This document shows, piece after piece, positions 17,557-29,265 of a stretch of 44,129 nucleotides of DNA. The notes under the pieces are model-generated. The model made no database searches, was not told where the DNA came from, and saw only the letters and a list, made by a program, of their open reading frames with translations. Source of the stretch: Candidatus Shapirobacteria bacterium. GTDB lineage: Bacteria; Patescibacteriota; Microgenomatia; UBA12405. How positions within the stretch are numbered: position 1 is the stretch's first letter; each line of letters opens with the position of its first letter. Made by a program: the position numbers and the translations under genes. Location: contig JBAXAJ010000006.1 of NCBI GenBank assembly GCA_037142555.1, positions 1 through 44,129 on the forward strand, in the 5' to 3' direction.

Positions 17557-19713
17557 TTATAACCTTTTCCACTTTAATCTCAAAGAATTGCTCACCACCG
17601 ACACACTGCTAAACGACATTGCCAATCCAGCAAAAATTGGATTTAAAACAATCCCAAAAAATGGGTAGAGAAGTCCAGCCGCCACCGGGATGCCAATAAT
17701 ATTATAAATAAAAGCCCAAAACAAATTTTGTTTAACCGTTTGCATAGTTAATTTAGCTAATTTAATTGTCTGAGAAATTTTTTGAATATCACCATGCAAC
17801 AAAGTGATTCCAGCTGATTCAATTGCAATATCAGTTCCATTACTCATCGCAATTCCCACTTCAGCTTGAACCAAAGCCGGTGCATCATTAATTCCATCAC
17901 CAACCATTGCCACTCTTTGACCAAGATTTTGTAATTCCTTAATTTTTAAAGCTTTTTCCTGTGGCAAAACTCCAGCTATAACCTCATCAATTCCAACCTG
18001 TTTTGCAATAAATTCTGCTGATTTTTGGTTATCACCAGTCAACATTATCACTTTAATTCCTTGTTGTTGGATTTTTTTAACCGCCTCAATGGCTTCAGTT
18101 TTAATAGTGTCACTCATCGCAATTTTACCAACCATTTTACCTTCAATTTCCACTGCTACCACTGTTTTCCCTTGATTAATTAATTCATCATTTCCTTCCA
18201 ATTTTTTAATCGAAACCAATTCCCCATTAACTATCCCACTAACTCCAATTCCTTCTTTTGCCAAAAATTCTTTACAATCTAAAACTTTAACACCAACTTT
18301 TTCAGATTCAATCACAATAGTTTTAGCTAATGGATGCTCTGACAATTTTTCGACACTAGCTGCATATTTTAAAATTTCTTTTTTATCATAATTTTTATTT
18401 AAAGAAACAATGTCAGTCACTTGTGGTTCTCCCTTAGTAATTGTTCCAGTCTTGTCCATGACCACCACATCAACTTTAGCCAATTTTTCTAAACTCTCAG
18501 CATTTTTAATTAAAATTCCATTTTCTGCTCCTTTCCCAACTCCCACAATTATGGCTGTTGGTGTGGCTAACCCCAAAGCACAAGGGCAGGCGATGACCAA
18601 AACTCCAACAAAAGCCAATAGAGCCAAAGACAAATTCCCCCCAACAAAAAACCATAAAAGAAAAGCCAAAGTCGCAATAACCAAAACTATAGGCACAAAA
18701 ACAGCCGATATTTTATCAGCCAAAGCTTGAATTGGAGCCTTAGAACCCTGTGCTTCCTCCACAATTTTTACAATTTGAGACAACAAAGTTTGTCCACCAA
18801 TTTTAGTTGCTCTAAATTGAAAACTACCTTGCTTATTAATTGTGGCTCCAATCACTTGATCACCAACTTTCTTATCAACTGGCAACGGCTCACCAGAAAT
18901 CATTGATTCATCAATTGAACTAAAACCTTTAATGATGATTCCATCAACTGGAATTTTAGTTCCCGGTTTAACAATAATTACATCGCCAATTAAAACCTGA
19001 TCAATTGAGATTTCTAATTCTTTTCCTTTTCTTAAAACTAAAGCCGTTTTAGCTTGTAAACCTAATAATTTTTTAATAGTTTCTCCAGTTTTTTCCTTAG
19101 AGTTAGCTTCCAAATATTTACCCAAACTTATAAATCCAATCACCACAATCACCACATCAAAATAAGTTTGTGCTGATAAATTTAAAATAATAGCCACAGT
19201 GCTATAAAGATAAGCCGTTAAAGTCCCAATTCCAATCAAAGTATCCATATTGGCCACTCTGAATTTAATAAAATTTAAAATTCCTTTCAAAAATGGTCTG
19301 CCAATCCAAAATAAAATTATTGTTGCCAATCCAAAACAAATTAAATTTAAAACATTTTCAGCAATTGGGAAAGCGGGGATAAAAGCAAAACTTTTATTTA
19401 AAATGATCCACAACATTATCAAAAAAATAGTCAAAGAAATTGGAAAAACAAATTTAACTTTATTCAAAGAAAAAGTTTGATCTTTTTTAGTTTCAGAATC
19501 AGAGTTTAAAGAATAGCCCAATTCTGAAATTATTCCATTCATTTTGTTTATCGAACTTTTCTTTTGGTCATAAACAATTTTTGCTTTTTCAGTCGCAAAA
19601 TTAACACTCACTGACTCAACCCCATCCGTTTTTTTGAGTCTATTTTCAATAATATTGGCACAACTAGCACAATGCATCCCACTAATTTTAAAAGTCTCTT
19701 TATTCAGTGACAT
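17557..19713 (-). CDS. copA: Cu(I)-translocating P1B-type ATPase
   Basis: GMHCASC HMA domain, [22 protein letters not shown] and MxxSS TM ligands. Confidence 0.96.
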   Translation of the reverse strand: MSLNKETFKISGMHCASCANIIENRLKKTDGVESVSVNFATEKAKIVYDQKKSSINKMNGIISELGYSLNSDSETKKDQTFSLNKVKFVFPISLTIFLIMLWIILNKSFAFIPAFPIAENVLNLICFGLATIILFWIGRPFLKGILNFIKFRVANMDTLIGIGTLTAYLYSTVAIILNLSAQTYFDVVIVVIGFISLGKYLEANSKEKTGETIKKLLGLQAKTALVLRKGKELEISIDQVLIGDVIIVKPGTKIPVDGIIIKGFSSIDESMISGEPLPVDKKVGDQVIGATINKQGSFQFRATKIGGQTLLSQIVKIVEEAQGSKAPIQALADKISAVFVPIVLVIATLAFLLWFFVGGNLSLALLAFVGVLVIACPCALGLATPTAIIVGVGKGAENGILIKNAESLEKLAKVDVVVMDKTGTITKGEPQVTDIVSLNKNYDKKEILKYAASVEKLSEHPLAKTIVIESEKVGVKVLDCKEFLAKEGIGVSGIVNGELVSIKKLEGNDELINQGKTVVAVEIEGKMVGKIAMSDTIKTEAIEAVKKIQQQGIKVIMLTGDNQKSAEFIAKQVGIDEVIAGVLPQEKALKIKELQNLGQRVAMVGDGINDAPALVQAEVGIAMSNGTDIAIESAGITLLHGDIQKISQTIKLAKLTMQTVKQNLFWAFIYNIIGIPVAAGLLYPFFGIVLNPIFAGLAMSFSSVSVVSNSLRLKWKRL

Positions 19714-20962
19714 TTATCTCTCCTCGTGGGACTCCCATTGCACAAGTAATTTGATATTTACCAACTTTATCAGCCACAAATTCCATGACTAATTTTTTAC
19801 CTTTGACTAAAGTTTGAGCTCTATTATAAAGTCCAGGAATCATTACTGTGCTCATACATCCCGATCCATTATCATTAACAGTCAATTCCATTCGAATTGC
19901 TTCTCCTTTTTTGAAAGTAAAAGAGCTAGGGAAAATATCAGCACTGGCTGAGTAAGTTAATTCAACCAATCTCGCATTTTCTAGGGGAGCTTGTGTATCT
20001 TTAATACTCGAGTTTGAAGTCTCATTTTTATTTAATAGAGATTTAGAAGAATTTAAAATCCCAAATTGAAAATTCAAATTATATAAAACAAAAAATAAAA
20101 TGATCACTCCAATTAATTTCTGATTTTTACCAAGTTTTTCAGATGAAAGACCAATTAAAAACAAAGGAATGCTAGTTCCTAAAACAAAAACCAACATAAT
20201 CAACAGCCCTCTTAGAAAACTACCACTCAAAATTGCCACTCCTTCAGTCAACAAAGTGAAACCGCAAGGCAAAAAGACTGTCAAAAGACCAACTACAAAA
20301 GGAATTTGACTTTTAGTAATTTTTTTAGTCAAATTTTTTGGCAAAAACAAATTTATTTGTCTGGCAAACTTAAATTCCAACATTTGCAAAGCTATTATTG
20401 CCATAACCACTGAAACTAAAATCATTAAAATTGAAGTGAAAGTTGACGAAATAACGAATCTTTGACCAATAATTCCCAAAATTCCTCCCAAAATTGAGTA
20501 GGAAACTATTCTGCCTATTACTATTTTTTTAGTATTTTCTGGAGCTGCCAAAATAATTCCACTTAATAAGGCTCCACAACTAGATAAGCCAGCAATTAAT
20601 CCAAAAACAAAAATAGTGATTAAAGAACTATTGCTATTAATATTCAAAAATGAAGCTAAACCAAGTTTTGATAGAAGCAAAAAGGCCCCAATAATTAAAA
20701 GCGCCCAAAACCACCACAAACTTTCTCCAGTGATAACAATAGTGTTGTTATCTCCTGTTTCCAAAAATTTATAGCTATTTTTCTCAAAAATCTTGTTCAA
20801 ATAACCAACTCCAATGACTTCTCTTGATTCAATAACAATTTCTTCTTTTTTAAAATCAATATCAACTGATTTAACTCCCTTTTCTTGTTCCAATCTCTCT
20901 TCAATAATCAAAACACAAGACTTACAATGGAGACCTTTGACTTTATAAGTATATTTACTCAT
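19700..20962 (-). CDS. HMA + DsbD_2/TauE-like membrane domain + cupredoxin-like domain protein
   Basis: GLHCKSC, SSCG, FLPCGF, C-terminal GCM...CAMG. Confidence 0.85.
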   Translation of the reverse strand: MSKYTYKVKGLHCKSCVLIIEERLEQEKGVKSVDIDFKKEEIVIESREVIGVGYLNKIFEKNSYKFLETGDNNTIVITGESLWWFWALLIIGAFLLLSKLGLASFLNINSNSSLITIFVFGLIAGLSSCGALLSGIILAAPENTKKIVIGRIVSYSILGGILGIIGQRFVISSTFTSILMILVSVVMAIIALQMLEFKFARQINLFLPKNLTKKITKSQIPFVVGLLTVFLPCGFTLLTEGVAILSGSFLRGLLIMLVFVLGTSIPLFLIGLSSEKLGKNQKLIGVIILFFVLYNLNFQFGILNSSKSLLNKNETSNSSIKDTQAPLENARLVELTYSASADIFPSSFTFKKGEAIRMELTVNDNGSGCMSTVMIPGLYNRAQTLVKGKKLVMEFVADKVGKYQITCAMGVPRGEINVTE

Positions 20963-21219
20963 TATTTGTTATACATTTTAGTAACTTTCAAAATTTCCTT
21001 AGTCATCGCTTCTTTCTTTTCTTCATTCCCACTTTTAATTGCATTAGAAAAACAACTCTTCAAATGATTTTCCATCAACATTTGGTGAGCTGATTTAAGA
21101 AGACCAATAACTGCCAAATTTTGTTGCATCACATCAATGCAATATTCGCCATTTTCCACCATTTTTATGATTTTACCCAAATGGCTTTGGGCTTTTTTAA
21201 AATTAGTTAAAGTATTCAT
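20962..21219 (-). CDS. csoR: CsoR-family copper-sensing repressor
   Basis: YCIDVMQQ...ENHLKSC (Cys/His/Cys ligands); start placed at ATG 21219. Confidence 0.9.
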   Translation of the reverse strand: MNTLTNFKKAQSHLGKIIKMVENGEYCIDVMQQNLAVIGLLKSAHQMLMENHLKSCFSNAIKSGNEEKKEAMTKEILKVTKMYNK

Positions 21220-21258
21220 ACCTACACCTATGGTACAGGTATCAATACTCCTTGTCAA
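21218..21258 (-). promoter_or_regulatory. csoR-copA promoter with overlapping CsoR-type operator
   Basis: Minus strand TTGACA-N17-TACCAT, overlapped by ATACCT...AGGTAT inverted repeat (21218-21242). Confidence 0.75.
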
Positions 21259-21282
21259 CTCTTAAAAGGTATATAATTAACT

Positions 21283-21924
21283 ATGACTAAAATCAAAGTT
21301 TCCAAAAACGGCCCATATCTAGTTTCTGGCTCTTTGCCTCTGACTCAAGACATTGTTCACTATGATAATCAAGGAAGCCCGCTAAAAACTAGCATTGGCA
21401 AAACTTTCTCCCAAAAAAAAGATTATGCTCTTTGTCGTTGTGGTCACTCTATTAATAAACCTTTTTGCACTGGAGTTCATAAATTGATCAAATTTGACGG
21501 CACCGAAAATCCAGAAGCTAAAGAAAAATTTGAAGATCAAATAGAAATAACTGATGGTCCAGATTTAATCTTAAAAGATGCTCCAAAACTTTGTGCTGGG
21601 GCTGGTTTTTGTCATCGAAACAAGGGGACTTGGCAACTAACTGAAAATTCAGACGATCCTGAATCTAAAAAAATGGCCACCGAAGAGGCTTGTTGTTGTA
21701 CTGCTGGTCGTCTAGTCGCTTGTGACAAAAAAACTGGTAAAAATATCGAACCTAAACTAGAAAAATCTATTGGTCTAACCGAAGATGGTCCACTTTATGT
21801 CAAAGGGGGAGTTCCAATTGAAGCCGAAGATTCCTCTATCTATGAAGTTCGTAATCGAGTCACTCTTTGTCGTTGTGGCAAATCCCAAAACAAACCTTTC
21901 TGCGACGCCAGCCATCAAGATTAA
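21283..21924 (+). CDS. CDGSH iron-sulfur protein (two CDGSH domains flanking a ferredoxin-like domain)
   Basis: LCRCGHSINKPFCTGVH, CAGAGFC...CCCTAG, LCRCGKSQNKPFCDASH. Confidence 0.9.
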   Translation: MTKIKVSKNGPYLVSGSLPLTQDIVHYDNQGSPLKTSIGKTFSQKKDYALCRCGHSINKPFCTGVHKLIKFDGTENPEAKEKFEDQIEITDGPDLILKDAPKLCAGAGFCHRNKGTWQLTENSDDPESKKMATEEACCCTAGRLVACDKKTGKNIEPKLEKSIGLTEDGPLYVKGGVPIEAEDSSIYEVRNRVTLCRCGKSQNKPFCDASHQD

Positions 21925-21927
21925 AAA

Positions 21928-22416
21928 TTAACTATTATTTTTAATAAATAGTTCAGTGGCTTTAATATCAATTTTTTGATGATCACCATTTAATAATTTT
22001 TTGTATTCTATCAGTTCAACTGGATCCATAACTTTAAGTTCAATTCCATCAACATTCATTATTTTGAATTTATTAAGATTAGTTGGCAGATGAACCCATT
22101 TTAAAGAAACTTCATCAAAAATTTTTTGGGTGAAAGCTCCACCAATATCAATTTCTTGTCCAAAATATTTTAAATCGATTCTTTCTAATTCCCATTTTTC
22201 ATCCTTATATTTACCCGGTCCAGAAATTATATATTTTTTTACTTCAGGATAAATTTTTTCAAAATCATTTTCGGAAATATCGATATCAATATCATTTAAA
22301 TCCCGATTTGAACCATAAATATATGCCGAAAATCCACCAGAAATAACGTATTTAATTTTATTCTTATTAAGAATGTCTATTATCCAATGTAGTGCTTTTA
22401 AAAATTTATCTCCCAT
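21928..22416 (-). CDS. Nucleotidyltransferase-fold protein
   Basis: SGGFSAYIYGS...DIDID Pol-beta-like motif. Confidence 0.7.
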   Translation of the reverse strand: MGDKFLKALHWIIDILNKNKIKYVISGGFSAYIYGSNRDLNDIDIDISENDFEKIYPEVKKYIISGPGKYKDEKWELERIDLKYFGQEIDIGGAFTQKIFDEVSLKWVHLPTNLNKFKIMNVDGIELKVMDPVELIEYKKLLNGDHQKIDIKATELFIKNNS

Positions 22417-22419
22417 TAT

Positions 22420-23124
22420 TTATTCTACATAGCAAGTTGCAGAAAGCCATATAAAAGCTTCAGTAGGGAATTCTGGTGGGAAAGAAGCTGGCTGGAATAC
22501 TTGTTTATCAAAGGGGATCAATTCTCCTGTTTTTGGATGGAAGCTTGGATCTTTCAAAACACTTTCTTTACCTTCTTCAAGCTCTCTATCCCATTCTATA
22601 GGCTTAGATTCTCTCCCACCTCTTTCTTCTTTCGACATTGCTTTAATTGCTCCATTTTCAGCTCTAGTCCCTAAAATCAATTTAAAATCTTCAAAATTTA
22701 AATCTCCAGAAGCATAAGCTGTCAAATCACCTAGAAAACTAATCATACCTAAATCTTTTCTATAGCTTGGCTCTTTATCTTCATTTTTCAAATTAGCCGC
22801 ATTTTTCATTCTTGGTAATTGTTTTCCAGTTCTTTCCTCATATTCTTGAATATAAGTTTCAACCCAATCTTTATAGTCTGTAAACTTGTTACCCCAAATC
22901 TTTTCTAAAGCCTTATTTCTATTTTTTTGGGCATACATTGATAAATTCTTTTTGTTTTCTTCACTTAAATCTTCAAAATTTGCTCCAAAATCTTCAAGTG
23001 ATTTTTTCAAAACATCAGGTTTTATCTCCAAAACTTCTTGTTTCTCAGCTAATTTATCTATGAAAGCAACAAAACTTACAGTTTTACTTTCACTGCTTTC
23101 ATTGCCTGCTAATCTTTCTTTCAT
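22420..23124 (-). CDS. Hypothetical protein
   Basis: 234-aa ORF, TGGTATAAT 7 nt upstream of the ATG. Confidence 0.7.
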   Translation of the reverse strand: MKERLAGNESSESKTVSFVAFIDKLAEKQEVLEIKPDVLKKSLEDFGANFEDLSEENKKNLSMYAQKNRNKALEKIWGNKFTDYKDWVETYIQEYEERTGKQLPRMKNAANLKNEDKEPSYRKDLGMISFLGDLTAYASGDLNFEDFKLILGTRAENGAIKAMSKEERGGRESKPIEWDRELEEGKESVLKDPSFHPKTGELIPFDKQVFQPASFPPEFPTEAFIWLSATCYVE

Positions 23125-23132
23125 ATCCTATA

Positions 23133-23768
23133 TTATACCACTTCTTCCAATAATTCTCTAATTCTTGGGATTGCTTTCTCAATTGCTCTTTCACGATGAT
23201 TCAAAAGATGTTGTTTTTTTTCAACTGGCAATTGTCTAGCGTCTCCCAAAAGCATATTCCATTCAGGCACAAAAAACAAAGATTCAAAAGGAAAACCCTC
23301 AACTCTCATAACCGAAGCTTCTTCTAGAATATAACCTCTTAATATTCCTTCAAAAATTTCAATTCCTTTTCCCGGCACATCCAAAGCTAAAACTGTTCTA
23401 AATTGAGCCCCTCTCTTTTCAACCGGAACTCCTTTCATCTTTTCTAGACAATAATCAATCAATTCTTGATCTGTCAGCCTGCTTTTGCCATCTTTCCAAC
23501 GTCTCACATGAATTCCTGGCTCTCCACCAAGAGCATCTATTTCCAAACCAGTGTCATCAGCTAAAATTAATTTATCACTGACTAAATCTACATAAGCTTT
23601 TGCCTTTAAAGTTGCATTTTCTTCCAAGCTACTTCCACTTTCTTCAACATCAAGGTCTATTCCACATTCGTCAGGAGTCACAACTTTAATTCCGTGATGT
23701 AATAAATGTCTAGATATCTCAAACTTTTTCCCTGGATTATTTGTTGCGTAAAACAGTTTTTTCACCAT
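23133..23768 (-). CDS. Non-canonical purine NTP pyrophosphatase (RdgB/HAM1 family)
   Basis: ATNNPGK, EENATLKA, ADDTGLEIDALGGEPG, NHR. Confidence 0.92.
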   Translation of the reverse strand: MVKKLFYATNNPGKKFEISRHLLHHGIKVVTPDECGIDLDVEESGSSLEENATLKAKAYVDLVSDKLILADDTGLEIDALGGEPGIHVRRWKDGKSRLTDQELIDYCLEKMKGVPVEKRGAQFRTVLALDVPGKGIEIFEGILRGYILEEASVMRVEGFPFESLFFVPEWNMLLGDARQLPVEKKQHLLNHRERAIEKAIPRIRELLEEVV

Positions 23769-24001
23769 TTATGTTTTCTAAAATCTAATATTTTGTCAAT
23801 AAATTTTGGATATTTTACTCTTCTTTTAAATTTTTCTTGCAAAATTAAACGGATACCAATAACTTCAAGACCAAGACCAATAAATATAAAACCGGGGATA
23901 ATTGGCAATAAACAACCTGCTAAACCAAAAATCATCAACAAAATTCCAGCTGCAATTCTCCTTTTACTCTTATTCTTCAAAATTTCAAAAATCTCTTTCA
24001 T
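23762..24001 (-). CDS. Small membrane protein (PGPGW/DUF454-like)
   Basis: GLAGCLLPIIPGFIFIGLGL hairpin. Confidence 0.7.
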   Translation of the reverse strand: MKEIFEILKNKSKRRIAAGILLMIFGLAGCLLPIIPGFIFIGLGLEVIGIRLILQEKFKRRVKYPKFIDKILDFRKHKW

Positions 24002-24066
24002 CTAGTTAATTATAAAGGTAAGTGACTTTTTAATAAACTAGACTTTTAATCTGTTAAAATCAAGCT

Positions 24067-24729
24067 ATGAAACTCGCAATCATTTGCCCAGGTTATCTAC
24101 AATCTCCAGATTATCTTGATCTGGTTAACATCAGCAATAGACTAGAAAAATTAGGCTACAAAACTGAAAGAATCGACCCTTGTGCTCTTTGGGAAACTGG
24201 AGATGTCAAAAATTACAACACCACTAACTATTTAAAAACAATTAAAGACACAATTGATTCATACAAAAATGAAAATTTAGAAGAAGTAGTTCTGGTTGGT
24301 CACAGTTTCGGTGGCTTTGTAGTCATAATTGCTGGCAATAGATTCAAAGAAGTTACAAAAATAGTTTCTCTATGTCCAGCTTTTTCCTTTAAATCTCTAA
24401 GCAAATGGGACGAAAATGGCATCAGGCATTCCGAAAGAGGTTTGCCAAACGACCCTTTCAAATTTAGAATTTTTGATGTTCCAGTTTCTTTTTGTGAAGA
24501 CAGGAACAAATATTCAGCTTCAACTGAATTAAAAAACTTACACAAACCCCTAATGGTCTTGGCTGCTCTAGAAGATGATAAAGTTTCATTAGCAGACATC
24601 GAAAAAGAACTTAAAGTTGCCAATAATCCACATCTTGTCAAAATTCCAAACATGGGCCATAACTTCAATAAAACACTAGAAGAAAGCAACCCAGTTGCTG
24701 ACGAAATCGAAAAATTCCTGTCTCTTTAG
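24067..24729 (+). CDS. Alpha/beta hydrolase
   Basis: GHSFGG nucleophile elbow, DDKV, GHNF. Confidence 0.88.
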   Translation: MKLAIICPGYLQSPDYLDLVNISNRLEKLGYKTERIDPCALWETGDVKNYNTTNYLKTIKDTIDSYKNENLEEVVLVGHSFGGFVVIIAGNRFKEVTKIVSLCPAFSFKSLSKWDENGIRHSERGLPNDPFKFRIFDVPVSFCEDRNKYSASTELKNLHKPLMVLAALEDDKVSLADIEKELKVANNPHLVKIPNMGHNFNKTLEESNPVADEIEKFLSL

Positions 24730-24791
24730 ATCTACAATAAATAGCTTTTTTTATTTGTATGTGACGGTTCTATCAAAAACTTATATGAAAT

Positions 24792-26355
24792 CTAAGCAGA
24801 AAGAGGATTTATCCGCCGATCTTTATACATTTTAATCGGTTCTAATAATCCAATTAGACGACTAATGTCTACATAATCTTCAAGATTTTCAGTATATTTT
24901 TTAGGCACAAAAGCAACTTGTTCATTATAATCTTCAGGTTTATAAATCAACATTCCCATATTTGTTTTTTTATTTGGCGTTCCATAGCTATCTATTCCTA
25001 CAGTTGGATCATAAATATTATCAATGTAAGTTCTTCCTTTATCGTCAGTTGCCATCTCCCAATATAAAGTGTCACCTTCAGGTGATTTATTTTCAAAAAC
25101 TTCAATTTTTATTTTATTTTGACCATCAGTCTTAATATATTTCTTCACTGGATCCTGATTAAAATCAGGAATAAAACCAATTTTTTTCATATGATTATAA
25201 AATGGTTCACAAGTAAAAATTGCCTCAGTTAAATTTTGTGCTACTCCACTAATTTCATTTTTAAAATTAATTATAAGAGGGTCTTTACTATTTGATATGT
25301 CATTTATTGTCCAATTATCATCTTTATTTGGGACAGCTTCCATCGCCTCAGACAATTTATTCACATCAGTTTTAAAACTTATTGATTGAAGCTAAACCGT
25401 TATAAAAATTTTTAGCATTCTTGTTACCAACACGATGGTTTAAATATCCATAGGTTTTAAAAAAATATTTTTGATATTCTTGTATTCTTTGCCAGTCTTC
25501 ATTTTTAAATTTAACCTGTTCTTCAGAAAACTTAAAATCTTCTAAATTTTTTCCTGGTATATTTTTATCTAAATCAGCCATGACCGGCATATAATCTGAA
25601 ATTAATTGTCTTTTTTTATAGTCTTTTTCTTTTGGTAATTCTTGTAAGGTTAAAATAATCCGACTATCAAGTTTGGCACTTTGGACATAATGGTGATTAT
25701 CTTCATCCTCTTTTCCTTTTAAAGCCTCCATATTTGACCGATATCCAGGGTAAGCTTTAAATTGATGGTCACTTCCAGACATTCTAAAAAATCGTGGACG
25801 GAATACATCAGGTTCTTCATCACTATTAACTAAAGCCATAACTTTATTGCCATAGTTTTTAGTAAAGAACCAAATTTTATTATCGATTTCTTTTGAAGTA
25901 ACAAATAATTCTTTGTGATTAGTTAAAATATCTTTTGTTGTTTCCGGTTGTTTATCAAAATTTTTATTAATATATTTTTCCATTTCTTCTTCAACTTCAT
26001 TTTTCTTAGGGATTACTTCATAAACTGAATTTGTTTGAGTTAAAAATTGAAGCCGACCATCTTTCTCTCTGATATTAACAATTCCAGTTGTCTTACCAGC
26101 AAATATTCCTTCATTAGAAAAAATCAAAGGTTCTCCTAAACCAATTTCTTGGCTAATTACTCCAGACAGCGAATCTCCAACCTTAATATCAGAATTATCA
26201 GCTTGATCAATGTCAATTTTTTTAATCGAAAGTTCTGAACCTTGGCTTATACCGTATTTTTCAGTTAATTCTTTGAATTTAATCTCTTTCGAAACTTTTT
26301 TAGATTCGTTTGTTTGTGGTGAGTTTATTGGATTTTCAGTATTAATTTCTGCCAT
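24792..26355 (-). pseudogene. Hypothetical gene of about 520 aa split by a +1 frameshift (327-aa and 190-aa pieces)
   Basis: At about 25372 the minus strand reads AAG TTT TAA AAC; removing one T gives KFKTDVNKLSEAM in frame with the downstream ORF. Confidence 0.6.
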
Positions 26356-26446
26356 ATATAAAATACATTATATACAAAATTAATCAGGTCAACGACATGA
26401 GTGTGTTTTTGAAATTATTATATCTCTATATTTTATTTAATTCTCT

Positions 26447-26953
26447 TTACATTTTTCTACTATCATAAGCCCAATGTAAAACGGCTTGTCTTTGTTTTAT
26501 TCGACAATCGCAATCTCCTTTGCGACAATTATTTTTTATTTGGGCAATGTGTCGTTTCATGGCTATCCATCTTTTAATTTGTCTTTGATCATCTTCACAT
26601 CTTCTTCCCATAAAATATCTGCAATACCACTGGAACCAACCCCGGGGATCATCTAGATAAATCCAACCTTTTTGCAGCCAAACAGACAATGGTTGACTAG
26701 CATTCACTCCAAAAAAATTAATATTAGGATCATGTTTTTCAGAACACAACTTAGCTTTTATAAACCAGGTTGACGGAAATTCTTTTATACAATCAGTCAT
26801 ATATTTCCCCCCAAAAACACCCAATTCCAACATTTCTTTTGGTGTCAGTTCAGGTCTAAAGTTTGGATCAAAATTTTTACCTATTTCTTCAGTCAAAGCG
26901 TAAACATAATTCTTCTGCATTTTGTCATTAACTACAATTGTCTTTGCTTTCAT
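26447..26953 (-). CDS. Conserved hypothetical protein (GVFGGxY / RGWFQWYCRY family)
   Basis: PELTPKEMLELGVFGGKY, DPRGWFQWYCRY, RQAVLHWAYD. Confidence 0.85.
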   Translation of the reverse strand: MKAKTIVVNDKMQKNYVYALTEEIGKNFDPNFRPELTPKEMLELGVFGGKYMTDCIKEFPSTWFIKAKLCSEKHDPNINFFGVNASQPLSVWLQKGWIYLDDPRGWFQWYCRYFMGRRCEDDQRQIKRWIAMKRHIAQIKNNCRKGDCDCRIKQRQAVLHWAYDSRKM

Positions 26954-27040
26954 CTATAGATATATCTTAACAAACTTGTGAATGGCCAGCTATCAATACA
27001 AGTTGAATTTACAGCCATTTAATGGTAAATTACACCAATT

Positions 27041-27544
27041 ATGAATAAAGAAAAAATAGCTGTCTATGCAGGAAGCTTTGACCCACTAACCAATGGTCAT
27101 CTTTGGATGATCGAACAAGGTTCAAAAACATTTGATAAGTTGATTGTTGCAGTTGGCATCAATCCAGATAAAAAATACACTTTTTCTATTGAAGAAAGAT
27201 TGCAAATGCTTAAAGAATCAATCAAAGATTCTTCTAACGTCGATTTTGATGAATTTAATAATAAATATTTAGTTAATTATGCTAAACAAATTGGTGCTGA
27301 CTTCATACTTAGAGGTGTCAGAAACTCTGCTGATTTTAGTTTTGAACAGGGAATGGGCAATGTTAACCACGATATTAATCCAGACATAACTACTATTTTT
27401 CTTATGCCACCAAGAGAATTATGTGAAGTTAGTTCAAGTCTTGTTAAGGGTTTAGTTGGTCCAGATGGTTGGGAAACTGTAGTCTGCCAATATGTTCCTA
27501 AACCAGTTTTTGACAAAATCAAAGAAAAATATGAAAGAAAATAA
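27041..27544 (+). CDS. coaD: Pantetheine-phosphate adenylyltransferase
   Basis: YAGSFDPLTNGH, RGVRN..DF..E, VSSSLVK. Confidence 0.96.
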   Translation: MNKEKIAVYAGSFDPLTNGHLWMIEQGSKTFDKLIVAVGINPDKKYTFSIEERLQMLKESIKDSSNVDFDEFNNKYLVNYAKQIGADFILRGVRNSADFSFEQGMGNVNHDINPDITTIFLMPPRELCEVSSSLVKGLVGPDGWETVVCQYVPKPVFDKIKEKYERK

Positions 27545-28190
27545 AGTAGTTCAGACACCTGAATCTTTTTTATCTAAAGAATTACTTAATTCTAAATGGA
27601 ATAGTTTATGTGACAGATTAAATATTTCTAATAATAAAGAGACATTTGAAGATATAATCAGTCATTATTCAGAACCACATCGTCACTACCACACTCTCAA
27701 ACATATTAATAATTGTCTTGAAGAGTTAGAACCAGTCAGAGCTTCACTTAAGGATCCAGAAGCCGTTGAGCTAGCCATCTGGTTCCATGACATAATCTAT
27801 ACCATCGGTAACAATGATAATGAAGAAAAAAGTGCTCAATTAGCTAAAGAATTTTGTCAAAAAAACAGTTTATCTTTATCTTTTACTAAAAATGTTGAAG
27901 ATCACATCTTAGCCACTAAACACATTTCACCTAGTAATAATTTAGACTCGCAGTATTTAGCAGATATTGATATGTCTATATTAGGTAAATCATCTGATGT
28001 TTTTGATAAATATGAAAAACAAATTTACCAAGAATATTCTAGCCTCTATTCAAAATCAGACTATCAAAAAGGTAGAAAAAGTTTTCTTGAAACAGTGTTA
28101 AAAAATCCTATTTATTCAACTGATTATTTCAAAAATAAATATCAACAATCAGCTGAAAATAATATCAAAAGAAGTATTTCTAATTTATAA
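27531..28190 (+). CDS. HD-superfamily predicted metal-dependent hydrolase (COG4339-like)
   Basis: YSEPHRHYHTLKHI, WFHDIIY, NEEKSA, LADIDMSILG; start at ATG 27531 overlapping the coaD end. Confidence 0.85.
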   Translation: MKENKVVQTPESFLSKELLNSKWNSLCDRLNISNNKETFEDIISHYSEPHRHYHTLKHINNCLEELEPVRASLKDPEAVELAIWFHDIIYTIGNNDNEEKSAQLAKEFCQKNSLSLSFTKNVEDHILATKHISPSNNLDSQYLADIDMSILGKSSDVFDKYEKQIYQEYSSLYSKSDYQKGRKSFLETVLKNPIYSTDYFKNKYQQSAENNIKRSISNL

Positions 28191-28805
28191 AACTAGTCTG
28201 CCACTCTCGTTGTTTTTAACAAAAGAATAAAGTCTTTCAACTTTTGACTCTAACTCTTGGATAGAACAATTAGTATTGATCACAACCAACCCTTTTTTTT
28301 CTTTATCGCTATTTTTTAATTGATTTTTCAATCTCTCTTCTATTTGCTCTTCAGACCAATTATTTCTCTTTTTAATTCTATTAAATTGTTCTTTTTCATC
28401 ACATGTTGCCACAATTACACCCTTAAAAATTTCTTCACTTTTAGTTTCATAAATTATAGCTGATTCTACTATAAAAATTGTATTTTTATCACCATTTTGG
28501 ACTTGTTTTTGCACTTCTTGCCACACCAAAGGATGAACAAAATTTTCCAACTCCTGTTTTTTAGTCGAATCATTAAATATTATCTTAGATATTTCTTTAC
28601 TATCCACATGGCCATCTTTAATAATACTTTCTCCTAAAATTGTTTTAATACTTTGTCTATTTTCATCACTAAAAAGTATATTCTTAGAAATTTGATCACA
28701 GTCTAGTACCGAAACATCATTATGTCCTTTTAAAAATTCACCCACAGTACTTTTACCACAACCCATGTTTCCAGTTAAACCATAGGCATTAATTTCTTTG
28801 TTCAT
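28185..28805 (-). CDS. coaE: Dephospho-CoA kinase
   Basis: GLTGNMGCGKSTV, DCDQI, LENFVHP, RLKNQ; start placed at ATG 28805. Confidence 0.92.
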   Translation of the reverse strand: MNKEINAYGLTGNMGCGKSTVGEFLKGHNDVSVLDCDQISKNILFSDENRQSIKTILGESIIKDGHVDSKEISKIIFNDSTKKQELENFVHPLVWQEVQKQVQNGDKNTIFIVESAIIYETKSEEIFKGVIVATCDEKEQFNRIKKRNNWSEEQIEERLKNQLKNSDKEKKGLVVINTNCSIQELESKVERLYSFVKNNESGRLVL

Positions 28806-28839
28806 AATAACCGTATTTTTACACATAAATTGACAAAAA

Positions 28840-29265
28840 TCAATTCTTTGAATATTCAATATATTTCTCAAATACTGGTTTCAAATCTTCAATAAGAGGG
28901 TAATTTAAATATTCTTTTGGATCAATCCATTTATAATCATCATGATCTTCATTCAGTTCAACTTTGTCATTATCAGCAAAACATTCAAAAAAAGTGCCCA
29001 CAATTTGCCATTGTTCGCCATTAACCACTGGTCGCCATTCTCCAACATGGAAAGGATTGCCAACTGTAACTTTAAGATTAGTTTCTTCTCGAATCTCTCT
29101 CAACAAACTTTCTAAAAAATTCTGTCCAGCTTCTATTCTTCCACCAACCACCCCATATTTATTAAAATTCGACCCGTCTTTATATTTATCTGATTCTCTT
29201 AAAATCAAAATCTTACCTTGATAGCTAATAAATGCTTTTGTTGCTACAAAAAGTTTCGTTTCCAT
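28840..29265 (-). CDS. NUDIX hydrolase
   Basis: GGRIEAGQNFLESLLREIREETNL Nudix box. Confidence 0.92.
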   Translation of the reverse strand: METKLFVATKAFISYQGKILILRESDKYKDGSNFNKYGVVGGRIEAGQNFLESLLREIREETNLKVTVGNPFHVGEWRPVVNGEQWQIVGTFFECFADNDKVELNEDHDDYKWIDPKEYLNYPLIEDLKPVFEKYIEYSKN

